From the NCBI GenBank assembly GCA_965237415.1, contig CBDEFM010000002.1:2816001-2880000 (forward strand): a stretch of DNA of 64,000 nt, written 5' to 3'. Positions within the stretch are counted from its first letter, which is position 1. Every line of letters begins with the position of its first letter. The DNA comes from Alphaproteobacteria bacterium. Its GTDB lineage: Bacteria; Pseudomonadota; Alphaproteobacteria; UBA828. Made by a program: the position numbers and the translations under genes. Of the stretch, positions 1 to 8,898 are shown piece after piece. The notes under the pieces are model-generated. The model ran no database searches. It saw nothing but the letters and a program-made list of their open reading frames with translations, and was not told where the DNA came from.

Positions 1-453
1 GATGCCGCCGGGGTCGCGCTGAACCGCCACGACCAGCACCGGCTTGCTCACGGTCTCGGCATAGGCGACGCCGCTCTCCCGCAGCAGGCGGCGCACCTCG
101 GCGGGGTCGAAATCCACCGTCAGCGACGCGCGATAGCGGGTGGTCGAGACCAGCTCACGGTCGATTTCGAAACCCGCGACCATCGCCGCGACGGAGTCCT
201 CGGACGGCGCCGGCAGGGACGCACCCTCGACCGTGAGGCGGCGCAGCAGGATCTCAAGTGCGTCGCGCTGACCGGCCGCGATGGCGAGCTCCCGCGCCTC
301 TGCCGACGACGCAGCCTCGGCATCGATCGGAACATGGGCGACCGTGAACACCGCCTCGCCGCGCGCCGTGCCACAGGCGAGCAACAATGACAGCGCGAGG
401 GCGCGGGCAACACACCGCGCGGCGGTGGCGAGACGAGCCGATCCACCCATCAT
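1..453 (-). CDS. DUF2066-type exported protein (partial, runs off the left edge)
   Basis: Manual translation of the minus strand from ATG at 453: MMGGSARLATAARCVARALALSLLLACGTARGEAVFTVAHVPIDAEAASSAEARELAIAAGQRDALEILLRRLT...FEIDRELVSTTRYRASLTVDFDPAEVRRLL. Signal peptide plus DUF2066-like motifs, divergent from pur genes as in many alphaproteobacteria. Confidence 0.7.
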   Translation of the reverse strand, partial: MMGGSARLATAARCVARALALSLLLACGTARGEAVFTVAHVPIDAEAASSAEARELAIAAGQRDALEILLRRLTVEGASLPAPSEDSVAAMVAGFEIDRELVSTTRYRASLTVDFDPAEVRRLLRESGVAYAETVSKPVLVVAVQRDPGGI

Positions 454-588
454 TCAGACCCTGTCATCCGGTCGGGCGGGCTGCGGCCGGCGGCAGCCAT
501 GGACCTGTCCGTCAGGGTATCATGGGGTCTGAAGCAAGGCGACGGGCGGCAGTCGCAGGACTGCGGCCGCGGGACGGTAGGGGACGAT

Positions 589-1242
589 ATGGCGCGGCTG
601 AGAGTGGGCGTCCTGATCTCGGGCAGCGGGACCAATCTCCAAGCCCTTATCGACGATTGCGCCCGTGCCGATTCCGGGAGCGAGATCGCGCTGGTGCTCT
701 CCAACCGGGCCGACGCCTTCGGCCTCACGCGGGCCGCGCGGGCCGGCCGGCTCCATCGGGTCATCGACCACCGGGCGCATGACACGCGCGCTGCCTTCGA
801 GCAAGAGCTGAGTAATGCGCTGGAAGCAAGCGGCGTCGAGTTGGTCTGCCTCGCCGGCTTCATGCGCGTGCTCACGGCGGAATTCGTCGACCGTTGGCGC
901 GATCGGCTGATCAACATCCATCCCTCGCTGCTGCCGGCGTTCAAGGGGCTGGATACGCATGCCAGGGCCATCGAGGCCGGCGTACGCATCGCCGGCTGCA
1001 CGGTTCACTACGTGCGGCCTGCGGTGGACAGCGGGCCGATCATCGTTCAGGCGGCGGTGCCCGTTCTGCCGGACGACACGGCGGAGAGCCTGGCGGCCCG
1101 CGTGTTGTGCGAGGAACATCGCTGCCTGCCGCTCGCCGTGCGCCTCATCGCCGCAGGCCGGGTCTCGGTCGCGGGCGAGCGCTGCGTCATCGACGCGGCG
1201 GGACCCGGCGGTGCCCTCATCAACCCCGCACCGGGGCTATAA
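589..1242 (+). CDS. purN: phosphoribosylglycinamide formyltransferase
   Basis: VGVLISGSGTNLQALID, LAGFMRVL, NIHPSLLPAFKGL and GCTVHYV...DSGPII motifs; start set at ATG 589. Confidence 0.95.
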   Translation: MARLRVGVLISGSGTNLQALIDDCARADSGSEIALVLSNRADAFGLTRAARAGRLHRVIDHRAHDTRAAFEQELSNALEASGVELVCLAGFMRVLTAEFVDRWRDRLINIHPSLLPAFKGLDTHARAIEAGVRIAGCTVHYVRPAVDSGPIIVQAAVPVLPDDTAESLAARVLCEEHRCLPLAVRLIAAGRVSVAGERCVIDAAGPGGALINPAPGL

Positions 1243-1246
1243 GAGA

Positions 1247-1276
1247 AGGGCCCGGAACCGTCCGGCTCCGGGCCCT
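1247..1276. terminator. stem-loop between convergent purN and phasin genes
   Basis: AGGGCCCGGAACC...GGCTCCGGGCCCT inverted repeat, followed by TTCTCTT on the minus strand. Confidence 0.6.
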
Positions 1277-1299
1277 GTGTAGCGGGATGGCAGATGCCG

Positions 1300-1716
1300 C
1301 TAGGCGGCGGACTTGCCGTAGCGCTCGACCACGTTCTCGGCGCGCGCGCGGATCGGCTCCATCGAATCGCCGGCGGTCTTGACCGTCATGTCTGCGATGC
1401 GGTTCCCCGCAGCCATCGTGCGCTCGAAAGCGCTCTTGGCCTGCACGGTCTGGGCGTCGGTGAGCTCCGCCCAGCTGCGCGCACCCATCAGTGCCTCGGC
1501 TGCGCCGGCCTGTGCCGCCATCGCTTCCTTGGCGAAGTCGAACCAGGCGCTGCCGATCGCGCCGTAGCCCTTCGCCGCGATGGTCGAGGCCTCGACGACG
1601 CTGACGAAGCTCGCGCGGCTCTCCTCGGCGATGGTCTCGAACGGCAGAGCGCCGTTCCAGGGTGCCTTCGGGCCGGTCGCGCCGGCCTTGCTCGTGGTCT
1701 CGGTCTTGGTCGTCAT
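1300..1716 (-). CDS. phaP: phasin (PHA granule-associated protein)
   Basis: Ala-rich helical protein with phasin-like ALMGARSWAELTDAQTVQAKSAFE and SMEPIRAR segments; GAGGTG RBS upstream of ATG 1716; PhaR-type boxes upstream. Confidence 0.8.
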   Translation of the reverse strand: MTTKTETTSKAGATGPKAPWNGALPFETIAEESRASFVSVVEASTIAAKGYGAIGSAWFDFAKEAMAAQAGAAEALMGARSWAELTDAQTVQAKSAFERTMAAGNRIADMTVKTAGDSMEPIRARAENVVERYGKSAA

Positions 1717-1777
1717 CGCTTTCACCTCATCGATAGGCGGTTGTTCCCGGCGATGCGCACCGCCCTGCGACGCGCAG

Positions 1778-1842
1778 CGGCGTGCAGCGACTATATTGCA
1801 GTGCAGCATCATGTTGCAGTGCAATATAGTCGCTGCACGCCG
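1778..1842. promoter_or_regulatory. PhaR-type operator palindrome upstream of phasin
   Basis: Perfect 23-bp inverted repeat (1778-1800 and 1820-1842) with two overlapping TGCAGTGCA boxes; TGCAGTGCAGCA at 1797-1808. Confidence 0.7.
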
Positions 1843-1927
1843 TCGGTCAAGGCCCCATTCACGTGAAATTGCTTTGCCTCAGCGCGCCGTTGCCGGTCGG
1901 CCTGGGCTGTGGCAATGTCGCGCCCGC

Positions 1928-1999
1928 GCCGCCGTAGCTCAGGGGTAGAGCACTCCCTTGGTAAGGGAGGGGTCGGAAGTTCAATTCTTCCCGGCGGCA
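1928..1999 (+). tRNA. tRNA-Thr(GGT)
   Basis: Acceptor stem GCCGCCG/CGGCGGC, D-arm TAGCTCAGGGGTAGAGC, anticodon arm CTCCC-TTGGTAA-GGGAG, T-loop GTTCAATT; 3' end reads ACCG, so CCA is not encoded. Confidence 0.95.
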
Positions 2000-2097
2000 C
2001 CGGCGTCCTGCCGGGCACAGCGGGGTTGCCGGCCGCGCTTCCCGCCCACGGCCCATCTCGCCTATAATCCCCCTGAAGCGAAACCGCGGGGGTAGGC

Positions 2098-2454
2098 ATG
2101 CAGATCGCCATCACGGGCCGGCACGTCAGCGTCAACGAGAGTTTTCGCGATCAGGTGTCGCAGCGCCTCGAAACGTCGGCTGGAAAATTCTTTTCCACCG
2201 CTATCGACGCGCAGGCCGTGTTCGCCAAGGTGGCGCAGATGATCGAGACCGACCTCATGATCCATGTCGGCCACGGCATCAGGTTCCAGAGCCATGCGGC
2301 GGCGGCCGACATGACGGCAAGCTTCAGCATCGCGGCCGAGCGGCTGGAGAAGCGTATGCGCCGGCATAAGCGGAAGCTGCGTGACCATCACAAGAGCCCG
2401 CGCGGCGCGAAAGCCGTCGACGAAGCCGAGCCTTTCCCGCAGCCGGCCGACTGA
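2098..2454 (+). CDS. hpf: ribosome hibernation factor (HPF/RaiA), short form
   Basis: MQIAITGRHVSV...AAERLEKRMRRHKRKLRDHH; lies directly upstream of ptsN. Confidence 0.9.
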   Translation: MQIAITGRHVSVNESFRDQVSQRLETSAGKFFSTAIDAQAVFAKVAQMIETDLMIHVGHGIRFQSHAAAADMTASFSIAAERLEKRMRRHKRKLRDHHKSPRGAKAVDEAEPFPQPAD

Positions 2455-2528
2455 GCGGCGTCGCGGCCGGGTGCCGGCCGCCGCCAGCAAGCGCTGCCTT
2501 CAACGGCAAACAACAGAGCGATCAGGCA

Positions 2529-2993
2529 ATGGAGATCGCGGATCTCTTGTCATTGAGCGGTGTCTCGGATGGCCTGAAGGCGGGCAGCAAGAAGCAGGCC
2601 CTCCAGGAGCTTTCGGCCATCGCCGCAGCGCAGACGGCGCAGAAGGAGCGCACAGTTCTCGACCTGTTGCTCGCGCGCGAGCGCCTGGGATCCACCGGAG
2701 TCGGTGCCGGCGTCGCGATCCCGCATGCCAAGCTTGCGGGGCTTTCAAAGCCCTCGGCGGTGTTCTCCCGCCTGCGGGAGCCCATCGAGTTCGATGCGGT
2801 CGACGGGCGACCGGTCGATCTCATATTCCTGCTTCTCGCGCCGGATTCCGCAGGGTCGGATCATCTGAAGGCGCTGGCGCTGGTCTCGCGCCTGCTGCGG
2901 GACGAGCGTGTCTGCGCGCGCCTGCGCGGGGCAGACAGCGCAGAGGCGCTCTATGCTATTCTCACCGGTGCGGCGGGCGCCGCCCGGACGTGA
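2529..2993 (+). CDS. ptsN: PTS EIIA(Ntr)
   Basis: RERLGSTGVGAGVAIPHAKL, DGRPVDLIFLLLAP, HLKALALVSRLLRD. Confidence 0.95.
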   Translation: MEIADLLSLSGVSDGLKAGSKKQALQELSAIAAAQTAQKERTVLDLLLARERLGSTGVGAGVAIPHAKLAGLSKPSAVFSRLREPIEFDAVDGRPVDLIFLLLAPDSAGSDHLKALALVSRLLRDERVCARLRGADSAEALYAILTGAAGAART

Positions 2994-3061
2994 GCATCTC
3001 CCGCCTGCGGCGTGGTCGGCGGCCGATTGACAGCGGCCCTGGAGCGCCGCACGGTCGCCCC

Positions 3062-3505
3062 ATGGTTCTCGTCCATGCGAGCTGCGTCGCCCTGGAGGGC
3101 AGGGGCGTGCTGCTGCGCGGCGCCCCGGGTGCCGGCAAGTCCGATCTCGCGCTTCGCCTGATCGAGGGCGGGGCCCAGCTCGTCGCGGACGACCAGGTGG
3201 CGCTGACGAGCAGCGGCGGGGCGTTGCTCGCTGCGCCGCCGGCACGTATCGCCGGGCTGCTCGAAGTGCGCGGGATCGGGATCGTCTCGATGGAGTTCAT
3301 GCCCCAATGCCCGGTCCGTCTCGCGGTCGATCTCGCGGCGGCGCACGCGATCGAGCGTATGCCGGAGGCCGCAATCGTTACTCTTGCTGGCCATCGGGTG
3401 CGGCGCGTGGCGCTTGCCCCGTTCGAGGCGTCGACGCCGGCAAAGGTGAGGCTTGCGCTCGCCGCCGTCGAGCAGGGCACGCAGGCGGCGCGTTCGGCCG
3501 GATGA
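3062..3505 (+). CDS. hprK: short alphaproteobacterial HPr kinase/phosphorylase
   Basis: HASCVALEGRGVLLRGAPGAGKSDLALRL, LVADD, GLLEVRGIGI; a GTG at 2990 overlapping the ptsN stop is an alternative start. Confidence 0.9.
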   Translation: MVLVHASCVALEGRGVLLRGAPGAGKSDLALRLIEGGAQLVADDQVALTSSGGALLAAPPARIAGLLEVRGIGIVSMEFMPQCPVRLAVDLAAAHAIERMPEAAIVTLAGHRVRRVALAPFEASTPAKVRLALAAVEQGTQAARSAG

Positions 3506-4419
3506 TGGCTACCGATCCCTCCGGCAATCGCGCCCTTGTTCTGGTGACGGGAATGTCCGGCGCCGGCAAGTCGACCGCACTCAAGATCCTGGAAGACCTC
3601 GGCTACGAGGCGATCGACAACCTCCCTCTCTCGCTGCTTTCGGATCTCGTGCGAGAGCGTGACGACGGCAGCCGGCAGGGCGCGCTCGCGCTCGGAATCG
3701 ATTCGCGCACCAGGGGGTTCGACCCCGGTGACATCGAACGTTATCTCGGGCCGCTGCTCGGCGCCGAGGGGCCTGGCGACATCGCCCTGCTGTTTCTCGA
3801 TTGCGAGACGGAGGTGCTGCGCCGGCGTTTCAGCGAAACCCGCCGCCCGCACCCCCTTGCTCACGACCAGTCGGTCGAGGAAGGAATTCGGCGCGAGCGC
3901 GCGTTGCTCGGCTGGCTCCGCGAGCGGGCGGACCTCACACTCGACACCAGTCGGCTCTCCGTCCGCGATCTGCGCAGTGTCGTCGCGGCGCGCTTTCAGC
4001 CAGAGGCCGCGCACGCGCCGGTGATCTTCGTGCTCTCCTTCGCCTACCGCCATGGTGTGCCCTCGGAGGCTGATTTCGTGTTCGACGTCCGCTTTCTCTC
4101 CAATCCCCACCACGTGCCGGCGCTCCGGCCGCTCACCGGGCGCGAGCCTGAAGTCGCGCGCTACGTGCGGGACGACCCGGCCTACGGCCCCTTCTTCGAG
4201 GGCATGGTCTCGATGCTCAGCCCCCTGCTGCCGGCCTTCGAGCGGGACGGCAGGTCCTACCTCACCATCGCGCTCGGGTGCACCGGCGGGCGCCACCGCT
4301 CCGTCGCCGTGGCGGAGCACCTGGCCGAGGCGCTCGGGGGCGGCAACTGGCAGGTCACGGTGCGCCACCGCGATCTCGAAACCGAGGACGCCGCGCCGGA
4401 GCGGCGGGCGGCCGGATAA
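3502..4419 (+). CDS. rapZ: RNase adapter / P-loop protein RapZ
   Basis: VTGMSGAGKS, IDNLP, RRFSETRRPHPL, FDVRFLSNP, GCTGGRHRSV. Confidence 0.95.
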   Translation: MMATDPSGNRALVLVTGMSGAGKSTALKILEDLGYEAIDNLPLSLLSDLVRERDDGSRQGALALGIDSRTRGFDPGDIERYLGPLLGAEGPGDIALLFLDCETEVLRRRFSETRRPHPLAHDQSVEEGIRRERALLGWLRERADLTLDTSRLSVRDLRSVVAARFQPEAAHAPVIFVLSFAYRHGVPSEADFVFDVRFLSNPHHVPALRPLTGREPEVARYVRDDPAYGPFFEGMVSMLSPLLPAFERDGRSYLTIALGCTGGRHRSVAVAEHLAEALGGGNWQVTVRHRDLETEDAAPERRAAG

Positions 4420-4423
4420 GCTA

Positions 4424-4831
4424 ATGATCGGGCTCGTTCTGGTTACTCACGGTCGCCTCGCCGAGGAATTCGTCGCGGCGACCGAGCATGTCGTCGGGCC
4501 GCAGGCCCGCACGTGCGCCATCTGCATCGGCCCCGACGACGACATGGAGAAGCGCCGCCAGGAGATTCTCGACGCGATCGCCGCCACCGACGAAGGCGAC
4601 GGCGTGATCGTGCTCACCGACATGTTCGGCGGCACCCCGTCGAACCTCGCGATCTCGGTCATGGAGAGCGCAAATGTCGAGGTCATCGCCGGCGTGAACC
4701 TGCCGATGCTGATCAAGCTCGCGAGTGTGCGCTCGAGCAGCGATCTGCGGAGCGCCGTGGCCGCCGCGCAGGAGGCCGGTCGCACCTATATTCACGTCGC
4801 CGGACGGCTGCTGGAGGGCAGCAAGACATGA
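4424..4831 (+). CDS. manX: PTS mannose-family EIIA
   Basis: MIGLVLVTHG, LTDMFGGTPSN, GVNLPMLIK. Confidence 0.93.
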   Translation: MIGLVLVTHGRLAEEFVAATEHVVGPQARTCAICIGPDDDMEKRRQEILDAIAATDEGDGVIVLTDMFGGTPSNLAISVMESANVEVIAGVNLPMLIKLASVRSSSDLRSAVAAAQEAGRTYIHVAGRLLEGSKT

Positions 4832-5124
4832 GCGAGGCGGTCGAGCCCGGCGAAGGGAGCCACCAGCGTACATGCCTGATCGGCAACCGGCGCGGCCTTC
4901 ACGCGCGGGCGGCGGCGAAGTTCGTCAAGACCGCATCGCAGTTCGACGCCGATGTCGCGGTCTCCTGCAACGGTACGCGGGTTTCCGGCCTCTCGATCCT
5001 GGGGCTGATGATGCTGGCGGCGGGGCCCGGCACCGAAATCCGGATCGAGACCGCGGGACGGGAGGCCACCGCCGCGCTGGCGGCGCTCGCCAGGCTGGTC
5101 GATGGCGGCTTCGATGAAGACTGA
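4828..5124 (+). CDS. ptsH: phosphocarrier HPr/NPr
   Basis: RGLHARAAAKFV (His15) and SGLSILGLMML (Ser46) motifs. Confidence 0.93.
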   Translation: MSEAVEPGEGSHQRTCLIGNRRGLHARAAAKFVKTASQFDADVAVSCNGTRVSGLSILGLMMLAAGPGTEIRIETAGREATAALAALARLVDGGFDED

Positions 5125-6913
5125 GACAAAGGCTGCCGAGAGGCCTGCGGCCGATAGGCCGCCCGAGCGGCCGGAGCAGCACTTTACCGGCCTCGGCGTC
5201 TCCGCCGGCATCGCGGTGGGGCCTGCGCACGTGGTCGAGCGCGGCCTCATCGACGTGCCCGAATACCGCATCGAAGATGACGCGATCGAGGCCGAAATCG
5301 CGCGCTTCGGCGAGGCCGTCTCCCTTTCCGTGTCGCAGATCCACAGCCTGCAGGCCAAAGCCGAGGCACTGCCCGAGGAGGTTGCGGGCCAGCTGCGCTA
5401 CCTGCTCGATGCGCACCTGCTGATGCTTTCGGGCTCCCGGCTCGTGCGCGGCGTCGAGGCCCGTATCCGGGATGCACGCATCAACGCCGAGGCGGCAATC
5501 CAGATGCAGCTTTCGGAGATCGCCCAGGCCTTCGCCGGGATGGAGGATTCCTATCTCGCCGGCAAGATCGACGATGTGCGCGAGGCGAGCGGGCGCCTCG
5601 TCCGCAACCTGACCCGTGCCGGCTATCAGGCGTTCTCCAGCGTGCCCTCCGGAACCATCATCATCGCCGAGGAGATCACGCCGGCCGATACGGCGCTCAT
5701 GGACCCGGCACGCATCGGCGGCTTCGCTGCGGCGCTCGGCGGGGCCGAGGGGCATACCGCGATCATGGCGCGCTCGCTCGGACTGCCGGCGGTGCTCGGC
5801 GTGTCGGGCCTGGCAGGCGCCGTGCGTTCGGGTGACATCGTGGCGGTGGACGGCGTGCGCGGCGGGCTCGTGATCAACCCCGGCGAGGCGACGATCGCGC
5901 GCCTCGAGCGCCGCCGCCGGGCGCTTGAGCGGCGCAAGCGCCAACTCGCCCGGCTGCGCCAGGTCCCCGCGGTCTCGCGCGATGGCGAGCGCGTGACCCT
6001 GCAATGCAATATCGAGCTGCCCAACGAGATGCCGCAGGCGCAGGAGGTCGGTGCCGAGGGCATCGGCCTCCTGCGCAGCGAGTTCATGTACATGAACCGC
6101 GACGAGCCGCCGAGCGAGGACGAACAATATGTCTCGCTCAAGGAAATCGTCGGCGGCATGAACGGGGCGCCGGTGACGGTGCGGACTCTCGATGTCGGCT
6201 CGGACAAGCTCGCCTACTCCCTCGGCGAGCACATCTCGCCGAGCGTCAATCCGGCGCTCGGGCTCCGCGCTGTGCGCCTTTCGCTCAAGATCCCGGCGCT
6301 GCTTGAGGCACAGATCGCGGCGATTCTCCGCGCCGGCGCCCACGGGCCGGTGCGAATCCTGGTCCCGATGATCACCTCGGTCGAGGAGATCAGGCACGTG
6401 CGGAAGGCCGTGGACAAGATGATCCGCAGGCTGACCCGCGCGCGGGTGCCGATCGCCGATGCGCCGCCGCTCGGTGTCATGATCGAAACGCCGGGCGCGG
6501 CGCTGGCGGCGGATGCGCTGGCCGATGCCTGCGATTTCTTCTCCCTCGGCACCAACGACCTCACCATGTACACGCTCGCGATCGATCGTGGCGACGAGCA
6601 GGTCGCCCACCTCTACGATCCCCTCCACCCCGCCGTTCTCCGGCTTATCCGATTCGCCACCGACGCGGCCCGGCGTGCCGGCATCCCGGTCAATCTCTGC
6701 GGCGAGATCGCGGGCAATCCGCGCTTTACCGCGATGCTGCTGGGTTTCGGCTTGCGCGATCTCTCCATGGCGCCGCCGAATGTCCCGCGCGTGAAGCAGC
6801 GGATCCTCGCGCTCGACGCCTCTGCCGCGGCGCGTCACGCGGAGGAGCTGTTGAGTCAATCCGAGGCGGCCCGCATCGCGCGGCTGATCGACGACTTTCC
6901 CGACGGAGAGTGA
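5114..6913 (+). CDS. ptsI: PEP-protein phosphotransferase (Enzyme I) without an N-terminal GAF domain
   Basis: [13 protein letters not shown] phospho-His, [36 protein letters not shown]; ~599 aa. Confidence 0.93.
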   Translation: MKTETKAAERPAADRPPERPEQHFTGLGVSAGIAVGPAHVVERGLIDVPEYRIEDDAIEAEIARFGEAVSLSVSQIHSLQAKAEALPEEVAGQLRYLLDAHLLMLSGSRLVRGVEARIRDARINAEAAIQMQLSEIAQAFAGMEDSYLAGKIDDVREASGRLVRNLTRAGYQAFSSVPSGTIIIAEEITPADTALMDPARIGGFAAALGGAEGHTAIMARSLGLPAVLGVSGLAGAVRSGDIVAVDGVRGGLVINPGEATIARLERRRRALERRKRQLARLRQVPAVSRDGERVTLQCNIELPNEMPQAQEVGAEGIGLLRSEFMYMNRDEPPSEDEQYVSLKEIVGGMNGAPVTVRTLDVGSDKLAYSLGEHISPSVNPALGLRAVRLSLKIPALLEAQIAAILRAGAHGPVRILVPMITSVEEIRHVRKAVDKMIRRLTRARVPIADAPPLGVMIETPGAALAADALADACDFFSLGTNDLTMYTLAIDRGDEQVAHLYDPLHPAVLRLIRFATDAARRAGIPVNLCGEIAGNPRFTAMLLGFGLRDLSMAPPNVPRVKQRILALDASAAARHAEELLSQSEAARIARLIDDFPDGE

Positions 6914-6934
6914 GGACCCGCTTGGCGGCGGGCT

Positions 6935-6990
6935 ACTTCTGATTCCGCGCCCGTTCCGGGCGACTTCTGATTCCGGGCCCGTTCCGGGCG
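6935..6990 (+). repeat. tandem 28-bp direct repeat (2 copies, 1 mismatch)
   Basis: ACTTCTGATTCCG(C/G)GCCCGTTCCGGGCG at 6935-6962 and 6963-6990. Confidence 0.85.
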
Positions 6991-7088
6991 ACACCTGTTG
7001 TGAGGCCCCGGCGGCGATGCTAAAAGCCGCGCCGGCAGCGGAGAAGACGTCGCGCGCCGAAGCATATGGGTACTCAAGGAATAGCGCG

Positions 7089-8384
7089 ATGAAAGACGGT
7101 GCCGATTACAAGGTGAAGGACCTCTCGCTCGCCGATTGGGGCCGCAAGGAAATTGCCATCGCCGAGACCGAGATGCCGGGGCTTATGGCGCTCCGCGCGG
7201 AGTTCGGCCAGTCCCAGGTGCTGGCGGGCGCGCGCATCGCCGGCTGCCTGCATATGACCATCCAGACCGCCGTCCTGATCGAGACCCTGCGGGCACTGGG
7301 GGCGGAGGTGCGCTGGAGCTCCTGCAACATCTTCTCGACCCAGGACCACGCCGCTGCCGCGATGGCCGAAGCCGGCGTCCCCGTCTTCGCCTGGAAGGGC
7401 GAGACCGAGGAGGAATACGACTGGTGTGTCGGCCGGACCATCGAGGGCCCCAACGGCTGGCGCCCCAACATGATCCTGGATGACGGGGGCGACCTCACCA
7501 AGATCATGCACGACGAGCACCCGTCGCTCATGGCGGGCATCAACGGCATCTCGGAGGAGACCACGACCGGCGTGCTCCGGCTCTACGAGATGGAGCAGCG
7601 CGGCACCCTCGGCGCGCCCGCCATCAACGTGAACGATTCGGTGACGAAGTCGAAGTTCGACAACCTCTACGGCTGCCGCGAGAGCCTGGTGGACGGCATC
7701 AAGCGGGCCACCGACGTGATGATCGCCGGCAAGATCGCAGTGGTGAACGGCTATGGCGATGTGGGCAAGGGCTGCGCGGTGTCGCTGCGCGGGCAGGGCG
7801 CGCGTGTCGTGGTAACCGAGATCGATCCGATCTGCGCGCTGCAGGCGGCGATGGAGGGCTACGAGGTCTCGACCATGGACGACATGGCCGGTGTGGCGGA
7901 TGTCTTCGTCACGGCCACCGGCAATGTCGATGTCATCACCATCGACCACATGCGCCAGATGAAGGACCGCACCATCGTCTGCAACATCGGCCATTTCGAC
8001 TCCGAGATCCAGATCGACGCCCTGACCAACTTCCCCTGGCACGAGGTCAAGCCGCAGGTGGACGAGGTCGAGTTCCCCGACGGCAAGCGCCTGATCGTGC
8101 TCGCCAAGGGCCGCCTGGTGAATCTCGGCTGCGCCACCGGGCACCCTTCCTTCGTGATGAGCTCTTCGTTCTCCAACCAGGTGCTGGCGCAAATCGAGCT
8201 CTGGCAGAACCACGCAAACTACGAGCACCGCGTCTACACCCTGCCGAAGCACCTCGACGAGAAGGTCGCGGCGCTGCATCTCGGCAAGCTGGGCGCGAAG
8301 CTCACCGAACTCTCGGACGCGCAGGCCTCCTATATCGGCGTGTCGCGCGAGGGGCCGTTCAAGCCCGATCATTACCGATACTGA
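7089..8384 (+). CDS. ahcY: adenosylhomocysteinase
   Basis: [48 protein letters not shown]-terminal PFKPDHYRY. Confidence 0.97.
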   Translation: MKDGADYKVKDLSLADWGRKEIAIAETEMPGLMALRAEFGQSQVLAGARIAGCLHMTIQTAVLIETLRALGAEVRWSSCNIFSTQDHAAAAMAEAGVPVFAWKGETEEEYDWCVGRTIEGPNGWRPNMILDDGGDLTKIMHDEHPSLMAGINGISEETTTGVLRLYEMEQRGTLGAPAINVNDSVTKSKFDNLYGCRESLVDGIKRATDVMIAGKIAVVNGYGDVGKGCAVSLRGQGARVVVTEIDPICALQAAMEGYEVSTMDDMAGVADVFVTATGNVDVITIDHMRQMKDRTIVCNIGHFDSEIQIDALTNFPWHEVKPQVDEVEFPDGKRLIVLAKGRLVNLGCATGHPSFVMSSSFSNQVLAQIELWQNHANYEHRVYTLPKHLDEKVAALHLGKLGAKLTELSDAQASYIGVSREGPFKPDHYRY

Positions 8385-8424
8385 CGATAGGGCGCCGAGC
8401 GCCACGCCGCCCGAGCCGCTCACC

Positions 8425-8898
8425 GTGCGCGTCGAGACCCTCGCGGATACCGAGCGGCTGGGGCAGCGCCTCGCCCCGCACGTATCCCCCGGCGACGTGA
8501 TCGGGCTCTCTGGGTCGCTTGGTAGCGGCAAGACCGCGTTCGCGCGGGCCTTCATCCGCACGCGGCTCGGCCGGGTTGCGGAAGAGGTGCCAAGCCCCAC
8601 CTTCACGCTGGTACAGCTCTACGAGCACACGGCGGGCGCGATCTGGCATTTCGACCTCTACCGACTGGGCGAGGCCGAAGACGCCTACGAGCTTGGCATC
8701 GAGGACGCGTTCTCGGGCGCGATCTCGCTGATCGAATGGCCGGAAAAGCTGGGCGCCATCATGCCCAGCGACTGGCTTCAGGTGCACCTCGCGCCAGGCG
8801 AGGGGGAAGAGGCACGGCTCGTCACGATCACGCCTCATGGCCGCCGCGCTCGTACGCTTGCAGGCGCGCTCGCCCGAGAGCTGGAGCAGGACGCGTGA
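8425..8898 (+). CDS. tsaE: t6A biosynthesis ATPase TsaE
   Basis: LSGSLGSGKTAFAR, VPSPTFTLVQLY, HFDLYRL, LIEWP. Confidence 0.95.
   Translation: MRVETLADTERLGQRLAPHVSPGDVIGLSGSLGSGKTAFARAFIRTRLGRVAEEVPSPTFTLVQLYEHTAGAIWHFDLYRLGEAEDAYELGIEDAFSGAISLIEWPEKLGAIMPSDWLQVHLAPGEGEEARLVTITPHGRRARTLAGALARELEQDA

Noticed and set aside
1928-2060. tRNA-Thr as a prophage or island integration site
   Set aside because: No integrase follows, no duplicated tRNA 3' end was seen, and core genes continue directly.
6914-7088. SAH or SAM riboswitch upstream of ahcY
   Set aside because: I could not find the consensus elements by eye; an Infernal scan would be needed to exclude it fully.
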